From: Auanema rhodensis
Taxonomy: Eukaryota > Animalia > Nematoda
Direction: 5' to 3'
Assembly: GCA_964057225.1 (NCBI GenBank)
Contig: OZ059898.1
Coordinates: 5,642,001-5,706,000 of the forward strand
DNA length: 64,000 nucleotides
A program made the position numbers and the translations under genes. Positions 41,201 to 55,038 of this stretch are shown one piece after another (the first letter of the stretch is position 1; every line of letters begins with the position of its first letter). The notes beneath the pieces are model-generated. The model was not told the DNA's origin. It made no database searches and was given only the letters and a program-made list of their open reading frames with translations.

Positions 41201-43736
41201 AGTTATTCGACTTATAACATATAATTCTCATTTATTTTATTTTAAAATTTAAACATTTTGAACAATAATAGATTTGATGACATACATGAATTGGTTTCTA
41301 TTTCTCATCTTCAATTCTATTCTTTTAATAAGCTCTTAAAGCTCTCTGTGATGAATAACCTAGTTGAACCGTTCTCGAACATATTATTTGCTCATCTGCT
41401 TGTGTCAGTCAGGTCAATATTAATAGATGAAATCGATTATACTGAATTATTGTCTTGCCTTAAGTTGACAGGGTCATCTTGTTTAACTTGTCTAACAGAA
41501 GATTACATCATTCAATCTTTTTCTCATTAAATATTATAATTGAAGAATTTTTTTAATGTGAACTCTATCCAATTAAAGTACTTTGACCATTATTTTCACA
41601 AATAAAACAGTTTTTACTTCAAATTGTTCATTTTTTAAATTCCAGCCTATGGTAGATGAAGAATGGGAGAATAGAAATCGAGTAAGTTACTTTGAGCACT
41701 TTCCCCAAAAGAGACAAATATCTCCACACGTTTCTCGTCGATTTGTCTCCAGTGTTATATTCGATCCAGTTGTTCTTGATCAGCAATCTCACAGGTTTGG
41801 TTTCATCTTGTTTATATCTGAAATATATAGAAACGTTTGAATGTTTTAGATACTCTAAATACGAAAATCAAGATTTTCAAAACGATATGTTACGCACGCG
41901 ACAGTTTCCTGAGGTAATTACAACTGATTTCAATTTTTATTATATATGCTTATGTGTGAATACGTATGTACTTCTTATTTAATAATCTTTAGGTGGCCGG
42001 AATTTTCGGGTGTGATGACCAACCTTCTCTACGTCGTTTTGTACGTTTCAATGATAATTCTTCTCTAACGTTCAGAGAAGTGCCATCGACTGGCCCAATT
42101 GAACAAGCCACAACATTCTCAAAATGGTTCAATTTTCTATTTGAGCTGCATATGAACATGTTTTCTAATTTTAGTTCTCGAAAACCGGCTTTTTTTACCG
42201 GTAACTGGACATTCAGAGAGAAGAAACCAAGCTATAGGCCATCACTTGATTCACATGAAACGTTTCGACGGTAAGTTGATTAGTTTACATTATCTAGTTT
42301 TTTTTTCTAATTGGCTTGTATTTCAACACAATATTGGAGTTAATTTTAAAATTTTACAGTGATGAACGACCATTAAGTATCAATCTATCAGATATTCGAG
42401 GTTTTCGAAGTCGTAGTGAAGCTTCCGGTGTGAGGTCTACTCGACCAGACTTTCTTGTAACTACCCCACAATGTAATCCCGAGGAACAGAGATCACATGT
42501 TCTCAAGGTTACAACACCAGAATCTTCCCGTCATACTTCCAGCCGTTCAAGCTCATCCAGCTGTAGCCCTATTGACTATACAAGTTAGTTTTTAATATTG
42601 TTTCTTGATGAAAAACATAAATTTAGCTCGAATAATACTCGATGATGCACCATCAGCAGTTCTTCGTGCAAAGCCAAGAGAGGAAGCACGGCGTCCACAT
42701 GAATCAAAGTACCTTTAAAATTGAATTGGAAACATATATTTGCGTTTCTCTTTCAGTATTCATCTCCGAAAAAGTTGTCCCGATTTGGATGCAGTAGGAG
42801 CATTAAGCAGGATAGAAGAACCTAAAATGATTGCTAAGAAAAGAAATCGAAGAGCAAAAGAAAAAGCTTTAGAAGCAAAATGGAAGTCAAAACCTATAAA
42901 TGTATATTTTTGAAATTTTTATTGTTTTAATAAAAATTTAATTTGTAGGAATGGTGCTTAGATGATGTTTTATTATGGCTTCAACATCTTCATTTGGATG
43001 AAGTAGCATCATTACTAATTGGATATGATATAAGAGGAGATGACTTATTACAATGGAATCATCAATGCTTAAGTATTTATTAATTTTTTTTCAATTTTTA
43101 AATATTATATTTATAGCTCAATTAGGTGTTAGTGATTCGATTAGTCGAGATAAAATATTGAAAGAACTTGATGAACTTAAAGAGCGGGGCCCTGAAAAGG
43201 TTGAAAAGAAAATGAATCAAACGTTGTTTGATCTTGTCAAACAGACCAGTTATGATCAAGTAAATAATCAATTATATTATATTATAATTTTTTGTTATTT
43301 TCTTCTAGGTTTTAGCAGTTGAAACTCCGTTAACGCCTAGAGATATTACAGTAACCCGAGGTCGTTTTGGATGTTTACAAATCACAAAAGTGAATGGATC
43401 TAACTTGGCTTTGAAGGAACATGATTGGTCAGAATGATGATTTCTAATGTTTTCCTTATCAAAACAATTATTTCAGTCTTTTGGAAATAAATGAGAGATC
43501 TGGTGAACAATTCAAGTCAGCCTTGATGTTAACAAAACTCATCACATCATCAAATGGAGAGCCAATTCGATTTGTTATTTTACGAAGAAAACATAATGAT
43601 CATAGCGATGATAGTTCTGTAAGTAATTAAAGATCAAAATAATTCATATTTTTATTTTAAAATAAATGAAATTTTTTTTTAGAATGAAACATCAAGTAGT
43701 GGAGTATCATCATCCCCGCAATCACCTATTGAATAA
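34082..43736 (+). CDS. SAM-domain protein with a C-terminal degenerate PDZ-like region
   Basis: ttttcag acceptor 9 nt before ATG 34082; 33-nt exon MAKPYEPPPDY|gtaagt; phase-0 acceptor ttccag|41646; then small exons giving a Ser/Arg-rich region, SAM (EWCLDDVLLWLQHLHLDEVASLLIGYDIRGDDLLQWNHQCLTQLGVSDSISRDKILKEL) and a PDZ-like tail (LQITKVNGSNLALKEHD.LLEINERS...IRFVILRR). Stop TAA at 43734-43736. Linkage of the first exon is inferred. Confidence 0.8.
35406..35460. repeat. (TC)n microsatellite, followed by a C11 run at about 35520
   Basis: Near-perfect TC dinucleotide run in the long intron. Confidence 0.9.
38136..38198. repeat. (TA)n microsatellite
   Basis: About 31 TA units; source of the spurious IYIYIY ORF. 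Confidence 0.95.
40622..40705. repeat. (GAT/CAT)n trinucleotide repeat with degenerate flanks
   Basis: catgatgatgatgatgatgatgatg followed by degenerate gat/gac triplets; gives poly-His, poly-Met and poly-Ile ORFs. Confidence 0.8.
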
Positions 43737-45237
43737 ACAAAATATATAGAAATTTAATAGCTTTAGCCATATATGTTTTGTTGTCTTTATTTTTCTTTTT
43801 TTTTTTGAAATCTAACTTTCCGTTCTTCTCTTTATATCTCTTTCTTTCTTTACTAAAAGCAATCTTTTCTAATATTCTGATCATATCTGTGATAATACAT
43901 GTGAAAAGAATTTATGCTTGTTGTCATACATATACTATATGTATGTATATTGTATATTAATATGTTTCAAAGTATCATTATCACTTTTTTTTGTCTTTTA
44001 TTTGTGTAAATAATTGTAGAAATTTGAATGTTTAAATGATTTTAAAATGATTATTTAAAACAAAAAAAAAAGAATAAAGAAATCATATTTCATTTCTAAT
44101 TGTTTATATATAAATATACATATGTATACTTTTATTAAAAAAAAAGATATAAATAGTTTAATGTAGTTATATAAAAGTAAAATTTTAAATAATTTAGTAC
44201 AACATATCAATCTTTTATTTAATTTAATTGAATAATCATTTAATTAAGATATAAATAAAATTTTCTTAGTTCAAGTGTAAGTACATAATACACATCTAAC
44301 ACCATTATTTTGACAATAAAAGATTTTACATTGAATTATATAAAATTAAGGCTTATCAAGTTTTAACTTACTACTTAAAATTAAAAAAATATATTTATAG
44401 AAAATTTGTAATAAAACTGTTGAATTATATGTAAAGTTATTATACAAGAAACATCACATCTATATTTATATGTATGTAAAAGTATTTTGTTTGTTTGTTC
44501 TTTTAAAAATATAATAAAGTTGTAATAATATATTTTTATTATAAAAGACATAATATACACATATTATAATAATATTATCTATTATAATCATAAGAATTCC
44601 TAACATACAAGGCTGAAGATTATGCCCGTCACATTGAAGAAAAATTGAAAATATAAGGCAAATAGAGATGATCCTAGAAGAAGGAATTGTTTAATCATCT
44701 ATGAAAAACACATTATGTACAATCAAAAAACGATCTAATTGAGGTAATGTGATATTCAAAAAGAAAAAAATAGTTTGGTGGATATGGGGCAATGAAACAT
44801 TTTGAAAACTTAGAGAGAAAGGATTATGGTTTAAGCTCATGCGACATCTAGCAGCTTGAAAAGGCACTCTGTCATATAATTTTCTTTGAAAAAAAGAAAA
44901 GAAAGAAATAAGGCGTAAATACATAAAATGTAAAAACAGTTATTAAATTAAGAAACGGAAAAATCGTTTCAATTATTCTTTTGTCCTTAAAATGAACAAA
45001 ATTTATGTGAAGATCACAGAAAGAGTAATGATGACCATAGTCTAGTAGTATATGATATACATACATATGTTTTTTATAAATTTAACTAGAGAAAATGAAG
45101 AGACGGATATGAATTTTTGTGAGAATTTGGTCTAGTCTTATAACGTTTTCAGCTATAGATGCTATAGCTTATGTTGCCGAAAGATGGTAATGAGACCACA
45201 TATGTATATACTGGTGATAATTCTGATATCAGAATGT

Positions 45238-48200
45238 TTACATTCGGCTCATACGAGCAACAGAAGCACAAAGCTGTTGTTGACTCATGTTACACCAGCC
45301 ACATGCAGCTTGACAGTTTTCGGACATCCATTGACGTCTTCGGCTACAGAAGTTCTGGGCACGCCAGAATGCGCAAGACACATGGCGATCGTGACATCCT
45401 GCAACTTGATAGATGAGAAAAACTTTGAAATTATGTCAGCTTACCGGTTCGGTTATCTGAAGGATTGTTACAGAATTTACAACTTCTTCTACAGTATCTG
45501 TTCATATATGTGGCATTACTTTGACATTCACCTAAATGATATTATAAAAAATAATAAAAGAAACGGTTTGATCAATACCTTGTCTAGCCCAAGCATCACA
45601 GCAAGGATCATCATTATAACAGTTATTACTATTGACAGCATTATTGAATGTCTGAAATATATAATGTTTTAAAAACATATAAATAAAATTTGATTAGTTA
45701 TAGTATACTATCTTATATAATTAGAATTACTTACTGGTCTTGGAGTTGTTGGTTGAGGAGCTGGTTGAACTCTAGTTGTGCCAACAGATTTTCTGTTTGC
45801 AGCTGGAGTTTGTAATGCTGGTGGGAGTGGAGGTGGTTGAGTAGACTGTAATAATCATTTGTTTTAGAATAGTTATCTTTATCTTTGTTTATACTTGTTG
45901 GAAGTTATTTGGTGCAGCTGAAGCCGTTGATGGTCCTGGACGACACCATCCATTAACACAATTTCCTTGCCAGCAAGCATCGAATCCTTCAAATCCACGG
46001 CAAATACCATTTTGACGAACCTTAGCAACACAGTGAGCATTTCCACGAGTATCACACCAAAGGTATGGAGATCCACAGTTTGGATTCTGGCGAGAGCATG
46101 TTGGACGTGGAGAATAATGATAAAGGTTATCAGTATAAGCATTTGATAATCCTGTAAATTGTAATTTCATATCAGAATACTATTTGAAAACTATTACCAT
46201 CAATGTTTTGCTTATCCCAAGGTCTCATTTGAGCATAACTGAAATGCTGAGAGTTGGCACAAGTTCCAATATCTGGGGGATAGGCTGTTTCACGAGCAAT
46301 ACGGTTCTGACGAGCTTGACGCCACATTTCCCAGATGAAATCGACAAAGCAATGATGGAGGAAGAAAATTGGATCGTTGGCTGATGTGCTAGGTGGCTTC
46401 ATGTCTCCTCCAACCCACAAATGGATAGAAGAGTGAGAGTATTCCAAAGCTCCAAAATTAGGACGGAATGGACATCCTGAAGTAATTGAAATTAACATGA
46501 AAGTTTAAGGAGCTTGATAACAAACCGTTTTGGGGAGCAGTATAAGCTAAAACATTCTGAATTTCTGTTTGTCCCAGAAGATTATTAATGTTCGTTTCAC
46601 TGAATAGACGTCCCTCCGTAGCTGGACGACGGATAATGTTTGGACGACCTTCAAGAGTACGGAATCCAGCGAAAGCTCCACGAGATACTTGACCAGCTCC
46701 ATCAATTTCTCCAATGAATGGAGCAGTGAACATGATTGAATCTCTTGGATCAGGAAGATAACTGTCGAGAACAGAATCCCAGTATGGCATGGCGACTCCG
46801 GGATCAATCATACGAACAGCGATCTCAATTCTGAAGATATTCATTATATAAATCCGTTCCATTTCAATTGTTACCTCTTCATGTATTCACGATGCCATGG
46901 TAAGAAACCTGGCCCTGAGTGAGCTCCAGAGGATGATCCAACTTGACGATGCATGACACTGATTCTATCATATTCTCCACTTCTCTTCAATTGAACGACG
47001 GCACTATTCCAACGAGAACGCTCATTGTCAGTCATCATTCTACAAAATGTTTCGGGTATTTGTGTGATTCAATCACAAAGAAAAAAACTCTATTTTCAAA
47101 TCATTATCGTAGAATAATTTGAAAAAAAAAAGAAAAGAAATTAGAATTACCTGTATTCCTTTCTTACAGCCATACGGTATGTTTGACCATTTGGTAAGAT
47201 ACATCCACCACCTCCCATATGTCCCTGTAAAAATATTTTAATAATTGAAAGAATAAAATATAATTGAAGTTATTCATTAATCTTCTCATCTTTTTTTTAT
47301 GAATCTCCTAGATTATCTTATTTCTTTTTTCTGTTTTTTCATGATCTTGATCAGACTTAGGTTAACACAAACGTTCGTCAAATAACCGTTATCGGAATGC
47401 CGTTGTTTTTGATCGTAAAAACAATTGTTCAGAAAATCTGGTTGTATTTTTCTTTTTTTCCGAAAACTGAAGTAAAATAAAAATGAGATGATGAAGATAG
47501 GTCTTGAGAACTTAGAAAAAATGGTCACATTGGCCAAGAAACCCCCAAAGATTAATCGTTAAAGACAAAATAATTTTCGCAATTAAATTATAAAGTTTTC
47601 GTACGGTTTTGTATTTTTCAAAATCATTAAATGAACAATAATATCTTGAAATGGTTAGTTGACCTTTAATGAATGCATTTTTCATGAAAATTGTCAGTAT
47701 AGTATATCAGTAATTTTCTATTTTTTTCAATTTCAGGATCACATCTTCTATAATTAAATTATAGGAAATGTTCTTGAAAAAAGTGATTGATATCGAAATT
47801 TTAAATTAAAAAAAAGTTGTTGATGTCATCTCTTTCTATATATATTTATATTTAAAATATATAAATGTTTCATAGATATCATACGTAACTTGGCACGTGT
47901 TTTAACACAAAATGCTTTTTTTTGAGTTGAAAACCGTTTCGAATTTGTGATAAGACAATCTGTTAGTATCGACACGTCTTGAGTGTCCGGTGACTAAACC
48001 GATTAGATGATGACGTCAACTACATAATCGTTAACACCATCTGACCTTGTACGTCTTCAGAGCAGATCGAAAGCATCGACCGAGATTTCACCGTCAGAAC
48101 TCTTTCTTCAATTCTGGGAATTACATGCTATTTTTTTCATTACATATTGTTGTTTATACGTATTGAAAATGAATGAGATGTGAAGATTTTCTTCAAATAG

Positions 48201-48594
48201 TTTTGATTTACTTACCCCCATGTATGGACAGATACAAGCAATGCTCATGCAAGCTTGAGCTGATGGAGCAAAACGTGGAGGAACGGCAGGAGTGAAACCA
48301 CCTTGATTTGGAACACCAGGAGCACCTATACAAGACAAGAGTACAAGATATCAAGAAAATTGTTTAAGTTACCTATTTGATTTTCAAAGGCTTGTCTCTT
48401 CTTAATAGCTTTGCGAGCATTACGATCCCATTCTTGAATCATCATACACGTATGTTCCATATCTGTAATGAATAATTAAATAATTAATATAAATTCAAAT
48501 GTCTACCTTGATCTGGAGCAATACTACAGTTAAAGTCGGCGACAACATCGGTTGCTGCCCAAAGGACAACCGCCAAAAAGAGTTCAAGTTTCAT
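45238..48594 (-). CDS. Secreted tyrosinase (type-3 copper protein) with two C-terminal ShK domains (nematode tyr family)
   Basis: Signal [19 protein letters not shown]; CuA His in [20 protein letters not shown]; CuB His in [14 protein letters not shown]...[10 protein letters not shown]; Cys-rich segment; P/T linker; ShK1 [35 protein letters not shown]; ShK2 [35 protein letters not shown]; TAA at 45240-45238. Paralogue number not assigned. Confidence 0.95.
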
Positions 48595-51500
48595 ATCTCT
48601 GAAAGAATTACAAATAAAAATTGAATAATAACTTGAATATAAATATAATAATCAAGAAATAATAAATAATAGCTTATGATGATGTTCAGTATTAGTTAAA
48701 GAAACAGCAGATTGGACGATATGGTCATATGAACCAATGGACTAGACCATGCTATAGAATAGGGAGAAAGTAATGGGCGGAGCCCCTCAACTTCTGATTT
48801 GAAGTATAGGGCAAAAATAGAACGGAAAACAATGAAACAGATAGTCTTTTCATTTTGACATGACCTTTGAGAGTATATGAGAGGTATGTGTAGTATTAAT
48901 TGAAAGCAAGTAAAGCATTGTATATGATGTTGAGAAAAAGCTTAATTATTCATTTGTATGGTAGAGTATAAATCATATAATATATACATAATACTATGAA
49001 AATACACTTACACATACAACTTCTTTCTATAAAGAAATTTAAATATTTCTATTTGAAATCTTACTAAAGCTATCATCTTTCTTTTAAATATCAATTAAAT
49101 CAGTTGTATTGTGTATTGAAGGTCATAAGAATATTAATGAACTCCATGGGGCATATGAAGCTTTTCTTCATTTTATAAGAAAATTTGATAATTTTTTGCA
49201 AACAAAAGATGTTACGATGAACAAAGGAAGTTAATTTTAGATGTGAAAAAAAAACATTTTTTTCTCTATTTCACTTTTTTAATTTAAATTATAATATAAT
49301 TATACTTTAACTATTAAAAATAAATTCTTTAAATAGATTATAATATGTATTATATGTACTAAATGTCATATATCATATTTCTCTTGATGATAAACAATAT
49401 AACTAATTGTAATCTCAACTTACTCAATGTTTGGTGAATAATTGTAATTTTTTTTTGGAAAAGTACGAACGAAATTGCCCTAATCTTCAATTTGATGTTT
49501 TCAATTGTATCATAAACCGTTTGTATGAGAAGCAGATCATGAACAATAGGACAAACTTTTCGCACATTCCGGGCCAAGGAGAATGACCGTATATGGGTCG
49601 TTTCTGCTACATCTTTATTGAACCTAGAGAAAATATCTAATTTTTCCTTTTTACCTGGTTTATGAAATTGACTAGAAAATGTTAACCTGATATCAAAAGT
49701 CAGTCTTATCCTGTTATCAAATGTCGCTGTTGGATTTTGAAACTAAGAGAACTAAAGTTGCAAAAAAAGATGAAACATAGACATGTCTTATGGAAAACAA
49801 GAGGTCAAGTTCAAAACTTTACTATGAGATCATCACCCAGGGAATGCCGGAAAATAGTTAAAATCAGCTGCTGTTAACTGATAAATGGAAAGATTTTCTA
49901 CAATTATATACAGAACTAAGAAAGAAAATTCTGAGGAAAAAGTGGAAATACTCTAACAATGAATGATAGAGAGGGACGGAATGTTTCTTGAGGCTTCACG
50001 AGAAAGAAAGAAAGATAGAATAAGTTTATGTGTGTATGTGTGCATAGTGTATACACACCCATTTCCATCGTTTGGCATTTTTCACTCATTTGAGTCAAAA
50101 TACCAGTTTGAGAAATAGAGAACAACAAAAGCTTGTTAAAGTAAAACTTATTAAACGGAAATTGTAATGAAAAAAGTCGTGAAATATGTTTTTTTTCTTC
50201 TAAATATATATTTTCATACTAACAACTTAAAAGGTTCTTGCTAAATGTATTTGGTCACCAATCATTCTCAGAATATTTGTTTTTTAGCTTCGACAGGAAC
50301 TGTATGGACAAGATGTTCAAGTTTGGCTAATGAAGCAAAATGTTATTTTTTACTTTTGTATATGTCATTGACATGATTTCTACTAACTGTCAAGACTATA
50401 TAATAATGATTGATTGGCATATTATTTATTTTACTAAAATGCTTCTTCAATTATGTCTAATTCGAGAATTTAAAGGTAATAACAACAAATAGAAACCCTT
50501 TTTCTATTTTTCATGCAAATCGCTAGAATTGAATAGAGATGGAAATGAAAAATGGAATGTAGTGTAAGTAAAAATAAATTCCTTTGAATCAGAATACACT
50601 GGGCAAAGAAGTACGGGGAGATTAGGTGATGAAGATGAGCGTTCATGTAGTATTCCTTCAAGGTCTTCAATATTTTCACGAACATGCGTGAAGTAAGGAA
50701 AAAAATTTTTTTATTTCTTTGAATTTCACATTTGACTTCTGACCTCAACCAGAATAGATTGTATTGAAATAACTGAACTAATGACTGATGATGTGACTAT
50801 GAAAAGGATGTGAGGGACAAACCTGCTACTTGTAGATGGTCAAACAATTGTTTGGAGAATAAGTAGAAAAAGATGAAGAAGAAAAAAAGAACAAAGTTAA
50901 AAAGTATGAAAAATTGAAGGATGAAGAATGAAAATTGAACAAATGACCTATTGTCATCTTCTTTAATAGGTTCAAAGTTCATGCATTTTTGTTAAATCAG
51001 TATCAAAAATGATTTTGTTTTATGCAAAAAAAGGTTTGTAATCATGTAAGCATCCGGAAGAAGTACTGTATAAGAAGTCAAATACGATGCTGTTTCTTGT
51101 AATTTGCACTAAACTTCTTGAACTTGGAAAATGGTCAAAAGACATAAAGAAGCTCAACCGATCTCGGCGGGAAACTGATGTAAAATGATTCACGTGCTTT
51201 CCGTAAAGGACACGCAATTGGCACGTAAAATAAGTTGCCAATGTGATAAAGAAAATGAAATTACAAACAAAGCAATTGTCTTTGATGTTTCTTTCTTGTT
51301 CTTTCACATAAACCATGAAATACAAAAGAGAACATATCAATATTATTTTTTCATCACAAAAATTTTAGTTGAAGAAGAGAAAAAAATTGAAAATTCGTAA
51401 TGAATATATCTCTAACTGGTAACTGACATGACGTCGTTATAGGTATATACATATAAAGAACAAAAACAATATAACGCAAAAGGCTAGTAGCTGATCTAAT

Positions 51501-54500
51501 GAGACGATTTTCGATTTTATAAGAAATAGTTTTGGCTTGAACATTATAAAATGTAGGTTAAGTCATTATTGAGATCGAAAAAAAAATGTTTTTTTGTATT
51601 TTTAGCTTTAAACTTTCAGCTTTTTTATCATTAATTATAATTCTATTAACTTAAAATGTTTGAATAAGAAGATAAAAAAATTGCAAGAAAAATTAAGTTG
51701 AATAAGTAAATTGATAATAAATATTTTGATTTTGCAAAAATTAAATTTATAATCAGTATCTGTGACTTTAATATACAAACTATTGAAATGATGACCTTGA
51801 TCAAAGCTGAAAATGGTTTCATTTACGAAGCTTCTATTGAAAAGATTATAAAAAAAATTTTTTTTTCATGAAACGGAAGCATTTTCTCGGTTTCATCGAA
51901 GGAAAATCCGAATATTAATATATAAATGTCTTTTTTCGTTTTCCAATGCTATTTGGAAATGCTTTTAAATAGGAAACAAAACCGTTTGTAGATGGAAGGA
52001 ACGACAAGAATGGCGAGAATAACATGTAATTCTGGACATTGCCCTTATATGTAACGGTAAGGGTGTGAAACAACTAGATGGCCAATAATTCGACGAAGAA
52101 CTGCCATGGTCATCAGCGATGTCGTTGTCAAGAATCCTGTTACAATTAGAGTGACACATGCATGTAGACGTCATTTTTATCAGATGCCTTCAAAAGATGA
52201 AACTATAAAAGGTTTACGTTTTAAATGACTGTTTAAGGTAGTACACGATGACTGAAAACAAATACGGAGAATTCTGATTAGGAATCTCGATTCATCATGA
52301 ACATGACGTTGTATGACTGACAACAAGTATTTATGGCACTTGTGATACTAAACTGTGATACGAAGTACATGAATCAGAAATATCTGTAAATGGCAGTAAA
52401 GGTTATATTTTGGAAAGTTGCAGAGTCTATGTGTGTATACAATGGCTACTGAAGCACGACGTCGTTGTCAACGACAACGAGCATCATCACAAAACGATCC
52501 TAGAAAAAGGTTAACAAGCACATCTTATTTGGTACAAACAAGTTTCTCATGGCAACAAAGTAATCGAAATTCTTGAAATTCAACCTATGAAGCTCAAGTT
52601 TACAATCAAAAGTGCGAACATTTGAACGGCTAAAAGAACCATAAGGAAATAGAATTTCCATCATGTTCTTCTTAAACAGTTTGAAAAAGTTTTAATAGAA
52701 TGATGATTGAAGGTTGATGTTATGTTATAAAGAAATCAAAAATAAGAAATATTTGATATCTAACTGACTTTCATCTATGAATGTCATTTCAAATACTGTT
52801 TGAATTCGAATGACAACGAAGAAAACTTTTCAGAATATTTGAAGAGAAGATGTAAGTTAAAAGTTTCCAAAATATGAACAAGTTTATTAACTAAGTAAAA
52901 ACAATAATTACTATTAAAGCTAGACTAAACGGGTTAATTAAGAAAGAATATTTTTTAATGAAATTGAATCATTATATTTGAATTCTAAGTTGATTTATTA
53001 AAAGAAAAACAAAAAATGCTCTTCGAAACAATTCTCATTTTAACTATGCTAATTAAACTAAATAAAATAGTTTAATGTTTTTTTAGTTAAATCAAAACAA
53101 CTGAGAAAGGATATTTTAAGAACATAATGAACTTTTAATTGTTTCTCACAACATTCTTTATATAGAGTTGGTATGTTTTTCTCAAAAAAAGGGTTGGCCG
53201 CACTGGACCAAAGGCGGGATTCAAGAAAAAGCAGGTCTCTATTACGAAACTAGCTAAACTAGATGGTTACCAGAAACGATAAATTTACGAAAAATAATAT
53301 TTATTTCAATGAAAAATGGTAATACTAATTAAAGTTCTTTATAAAAATTTATAGATTTTTATTAATTTATGTCTGCAAAAGTGTGAAGGTGTTTTGAAAA
53401 AAAATGTTTTGACTGAACAAATATAAAAAAAAATGGGTTTTGTTTGAATTTTTAGAATTCCATCAAAACACTTTGCATACAATTCTTTTTGTAAAAATTT
53501 CAATGATGAAGTCAAGAAGTCAAGGTTATATCTTCAGAATATTTTAAAGGTAAAAAGCTAAATCTGAAATGAGCAACTTAATTTTTTATTTGAAATTAAA
53601 CAACTTGAGAGATTGTAATTGAACGACCAACGGTCGTTTATACTAACAAATTAAACGAACTCATGAGCTTTGTAGCGTATACTGACGACAGTCTCGTCAG
53701 ATTAGCTGCGACATGACCTCCAAAAAAAATATTTTTTCCTTTTAAATTTGAACGACAATGCAAAATTAAGTAGACTAGACTTGATACACGTACCCATACT
53801 TTGGGCAGTTGATCCAATTTCTGTTCTACGAATCCGATAGTTTTGAAGGAAAAAAAACAGCTTACATGAAAACAAATTTTTTGAATGGGAAATACAAGAA
53901 AAGAAAAGTACTGTTGAAGTTTAATGGAATATATTTTATGTTAAAAGTAAAAGAGTTTATATAGTTGTTTCAACTCAGGTGTCATACTCCCATAAACTGA
54001 TTTTTCTCTTTGATAACTCATATTGATCAGATTTATAGATTATATAAATTTATAAGACTTAATTGTTCTTATTACCGGTTAAACTTTCGATAAAATCATA
54101 TTGACTTCAAACTTAATATTCCGAAAATGAAGAGCAAAAAGTTTTTTTCCCTCATAATAATAATAACAATATTGGAAACCATATTAAACTTAACTTGATT
54201 TTATTTGATCAAGATTTCTATATTATGTTTGTGAAAAACAAAATTTTAAAAATTTTGTTTGTTTTATTATTACGGTAATTCGTTTAAAATTATTTTAAAT
54301 TTCAAAATGAAACACATTTAAACTTTATTTAATTGAATGTATTGTTTTTATTCCACACGTTGTAGAACTTTTTTTTGATTATGATGATGATGATGTGTCT
54401 ATGATTTTCAACAGGCTTTTTGCATTTCCTCGACTATTTTGATACTGATTGACGTAAAAAAACGTTTCATTTAATGAATAACCATTGGATTCTTCAATCT

Positions 54501-55038
54501 CTTAGGTTTCAAAATGAAACAGGTATTGAAGTAACAGTTATTTTGCTTTTCAGTAATAGTCATCTATGTGTTTCGTTCAGTGTCTTCTCCATGGCTTCGA
54601 GATGGTCTAACTGCCTGTACACTCTGTATATGGTATAGTATATTGTTGTAGACAAGTTCCGTCGTATTAACATACTTGTAACTTTCATTATTTGGCCACT
54701 TGTTGTTAAGAAAAGTTTTCTTAACAGGACCTGTACTTCAACATAACGTGCATTTTTCGAAAAAAAAAGCTAGAATAGTAAATGAAATAGACAGAGGAAT
54801 AAAGAAAGAAAAAGAAAAAAAGCGAAAAAAACGCAAACGAACTCCAAGAATTAGAAAATAAGATATGGTTTAAGCTATAAAATGGATTGGTTGAAGAACA
54901 TTTAATGAAATATAATCAATGATCTCAGAACGTTGATAAAACATAATTAGAAGAAACATTATAAATACATTCTTTTCATTTTTTTCCAGGAATATAAGTT
55001 TTCAGACAAACTAAAATAAACGTCCTTAGTTCAAATTT

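Noticed and set aside
45171-45672. + strand ORFs of 81 and 162 aa
   Set aside because: Antisense to the tyrosinase ShK exons; no independent coding signal.
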